Below, piece after piece: positions 62,474 to 64,000 of a stretch of 64,000 nt of DNA. Position numbers and translations under genes: made by a program. Every line of letters begins with the position of its first letter. Position 1 is the first letter of the stretch. The DNA comes from an uncultured delta proteobacterium (lineage in GTDB: Bacteria > Desulfobacterota > WTBG01), in NCBI GenBank assembly GCA_963793865.1, contig CAWCBP010000001.1, positions 320,001 through 384,000 of the forward strand. The letters are read 5' to 3'. The notes beneath the pieces were generated by a model. That model made no database searches, was not told where the DNA came from, and saw nothing but the letters and a program-made list of their open reading frames with translations.

Positions 62474-64000
62474 TTAATCATTATCTTCCCAGCTGCATTT
62501 GAACACCCGATACCTCATTGCCGTTGGATAGAGAGGAAGGGTGGTGTGGAGGAGCTGGAAATATTTACTGTTGCCGGAATGCAGGAGATTGAAAAACCTA
62601 TCCCATTCATAGAACATGACCAGGTAATCCGGGCGCTTCTCCTTTAAGTAACCGATGACGTTCCGTTGGCTCAGGGGGATGACCCTTTTTGACTGCTGAT
62701 CCAGATAATATCCGGTAACTTCCGGGTTGACCAGGCCCACCAGGTCAAGCATTTTTCTCCCCGAGAAATATCCCACCGCGCCGATGTCGTGCAGGGCAAT
62801 CAGGGCATTTTCCGGCGTGTTGCGCTTAAGCCACAGAGCGAGCTCAATTTTGGGATTCCTGGTGGAAATTATTTCAGCTGCGTAGGTCTTGTCGGCATTG
62901 ATGAAGGATATGCCCTGGTTATAAAGTATCGAAGCGGCGATCAGGACTACTGCCATGATTTGCGCGGCTTTTTTCTTAATCATGCCGGATGCAACCATGG
63001 CACCGCCGGCGATGGCCATGATGATGAAGGGAATAAAGACATGCTGGTACCGGTTCCAGTAATTCTGGATTGCCCCGGGATACGTGACAAAGTACATGCC
63101 GTAGAAAATAATCAAATAAAACCAGAGGTAGGGGAGGGCGATCACTCTTCGCGCAAACAGCATCAGGGGAAGTATGAAAAGGGATGCGGGATAGAGAAAA
63201 GATCCGTAAAAGGGAAGAAAGCGGTTTTTAAAGAAGCCGGCCTTGTTGATAAACGGCATGGTGGTTTCGCCGAAAAAGACCGCCTTGGCATAAGCAGTAT
63301 TGGGCAAAAGGGAACCCGCCTGATAAAAGTATGAACAGCAAATAGGGAATGATCAGGATGATGAATATTTCTACTGAGATGACAAGGTGCTTTATAAGCT
63401 TTTTGTCCCTCTCCGCGAAATACCTGATGAGCTGCCACATCCAGAGAGAGCCCGCGATGAACCAGCCCTCCGGCCTGGTGAGAACAGAAAGGGCGAGCGG
63501 GACGGCATACAGCGCCCTGGGCTGGTAGCGGTAGTAAAGGTAGAAGGTTGCAAGTGAGAAAAAAATGAACGTGGTGGTCTCCAGCCCGCTTAGAGCGTCG
63601 AAGATGAGCCAGCCGCTGGTGGCCACCAGCATTCCGGCCAGCAGTGCGGTGCGCCGGCTGCTGTAAAGCGCGAGGACCCAGAGATAGACCAGGAAGGAGG
63701 AGAGGACAAAAAAAATAACACCGATTGCCAGCGACGCCTCCTCCAACTTCGTGAAGAGACCGAGCAGGGCGATACAGACGATGTGCAGGGGGCTGGTAGC
63801 CCCGGAAAAAAAAGCGCTTCCATCGTAGGTAATGCCGTTGTACTTGAAAAGATTTGCGGCAAAGCGCAGGGTGATGTAGCTGTCGTCAAAAACCAGCAGG
63901 TGCTCCGGGTTGCTCCGCAGGAAATATGAGACCGATACAAGAGCTGCGATCAGCATCAGGAACAGGTCAAGTGCTTTTAAACGGATAATTAAAGGTTGAT
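62474..64000 (-). CDS. GT-C-like membrane glycosyltransferase, start at or beyond the window edge, split by one extra base near 63325
   Basis: DDSYITLRFA.N, GATSPL, SGLET, TRPEG, then LPNTAYAK, DIGAVGY, DLVGL in the next frame. Confidence 0.75.

Overview
A 64-kb chromosomal stretch from an anaerobic, moderately GC-rich diderm bacterium. Gene content suggests a deltaproteobacterial/Desulfobacterota-like organism, which is inference. It carries housekeeping genes (glgP, polX, ilvD, rpoN, ugd, engB, pabB and a class IV aminotransferase, birA, mnmG, mscL, queH, rmlABCD), tRNA-Gly(GCC) and tRNA-Cys(GCA), and many surface-glycan genes. The two most notable blocks are: (1) a methanogen-type comA-comB-comD-comE operon (48804-51504; phosphosulfolactate route to sulfoacetaldehyde, the coenzyme M precursor) with no comC or comF in the window; (2) a 12.5-kb uncharacterised glyco/sulfur/redox locus (7364-19915) encoding a TIGR04282-like transferase, two GT2s, a GT87-like GT-C, a four-domain YnjE-type rhodanese, a probable outer-membrane barrel, a membrane ferredoxin, a redoxin-multiheme cytochrome fusion and a BioB-like radical SAM enzyme. 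There is also a candidate ~70-nt sRNA or attenuator with an anti-Shine-Dalgarno tract (about 46507-46576), and intergenic spaces are densely filled with REP, MITE and 7-mer repeat families. Eight single-base frameshifts, mostly in homopolymers, look like assembly errors rather than pseudogenes. No CRISPR array, transposase, integrase or reverse transcriptase was seen. All family assignments come from recognised motifs, not from database searches.
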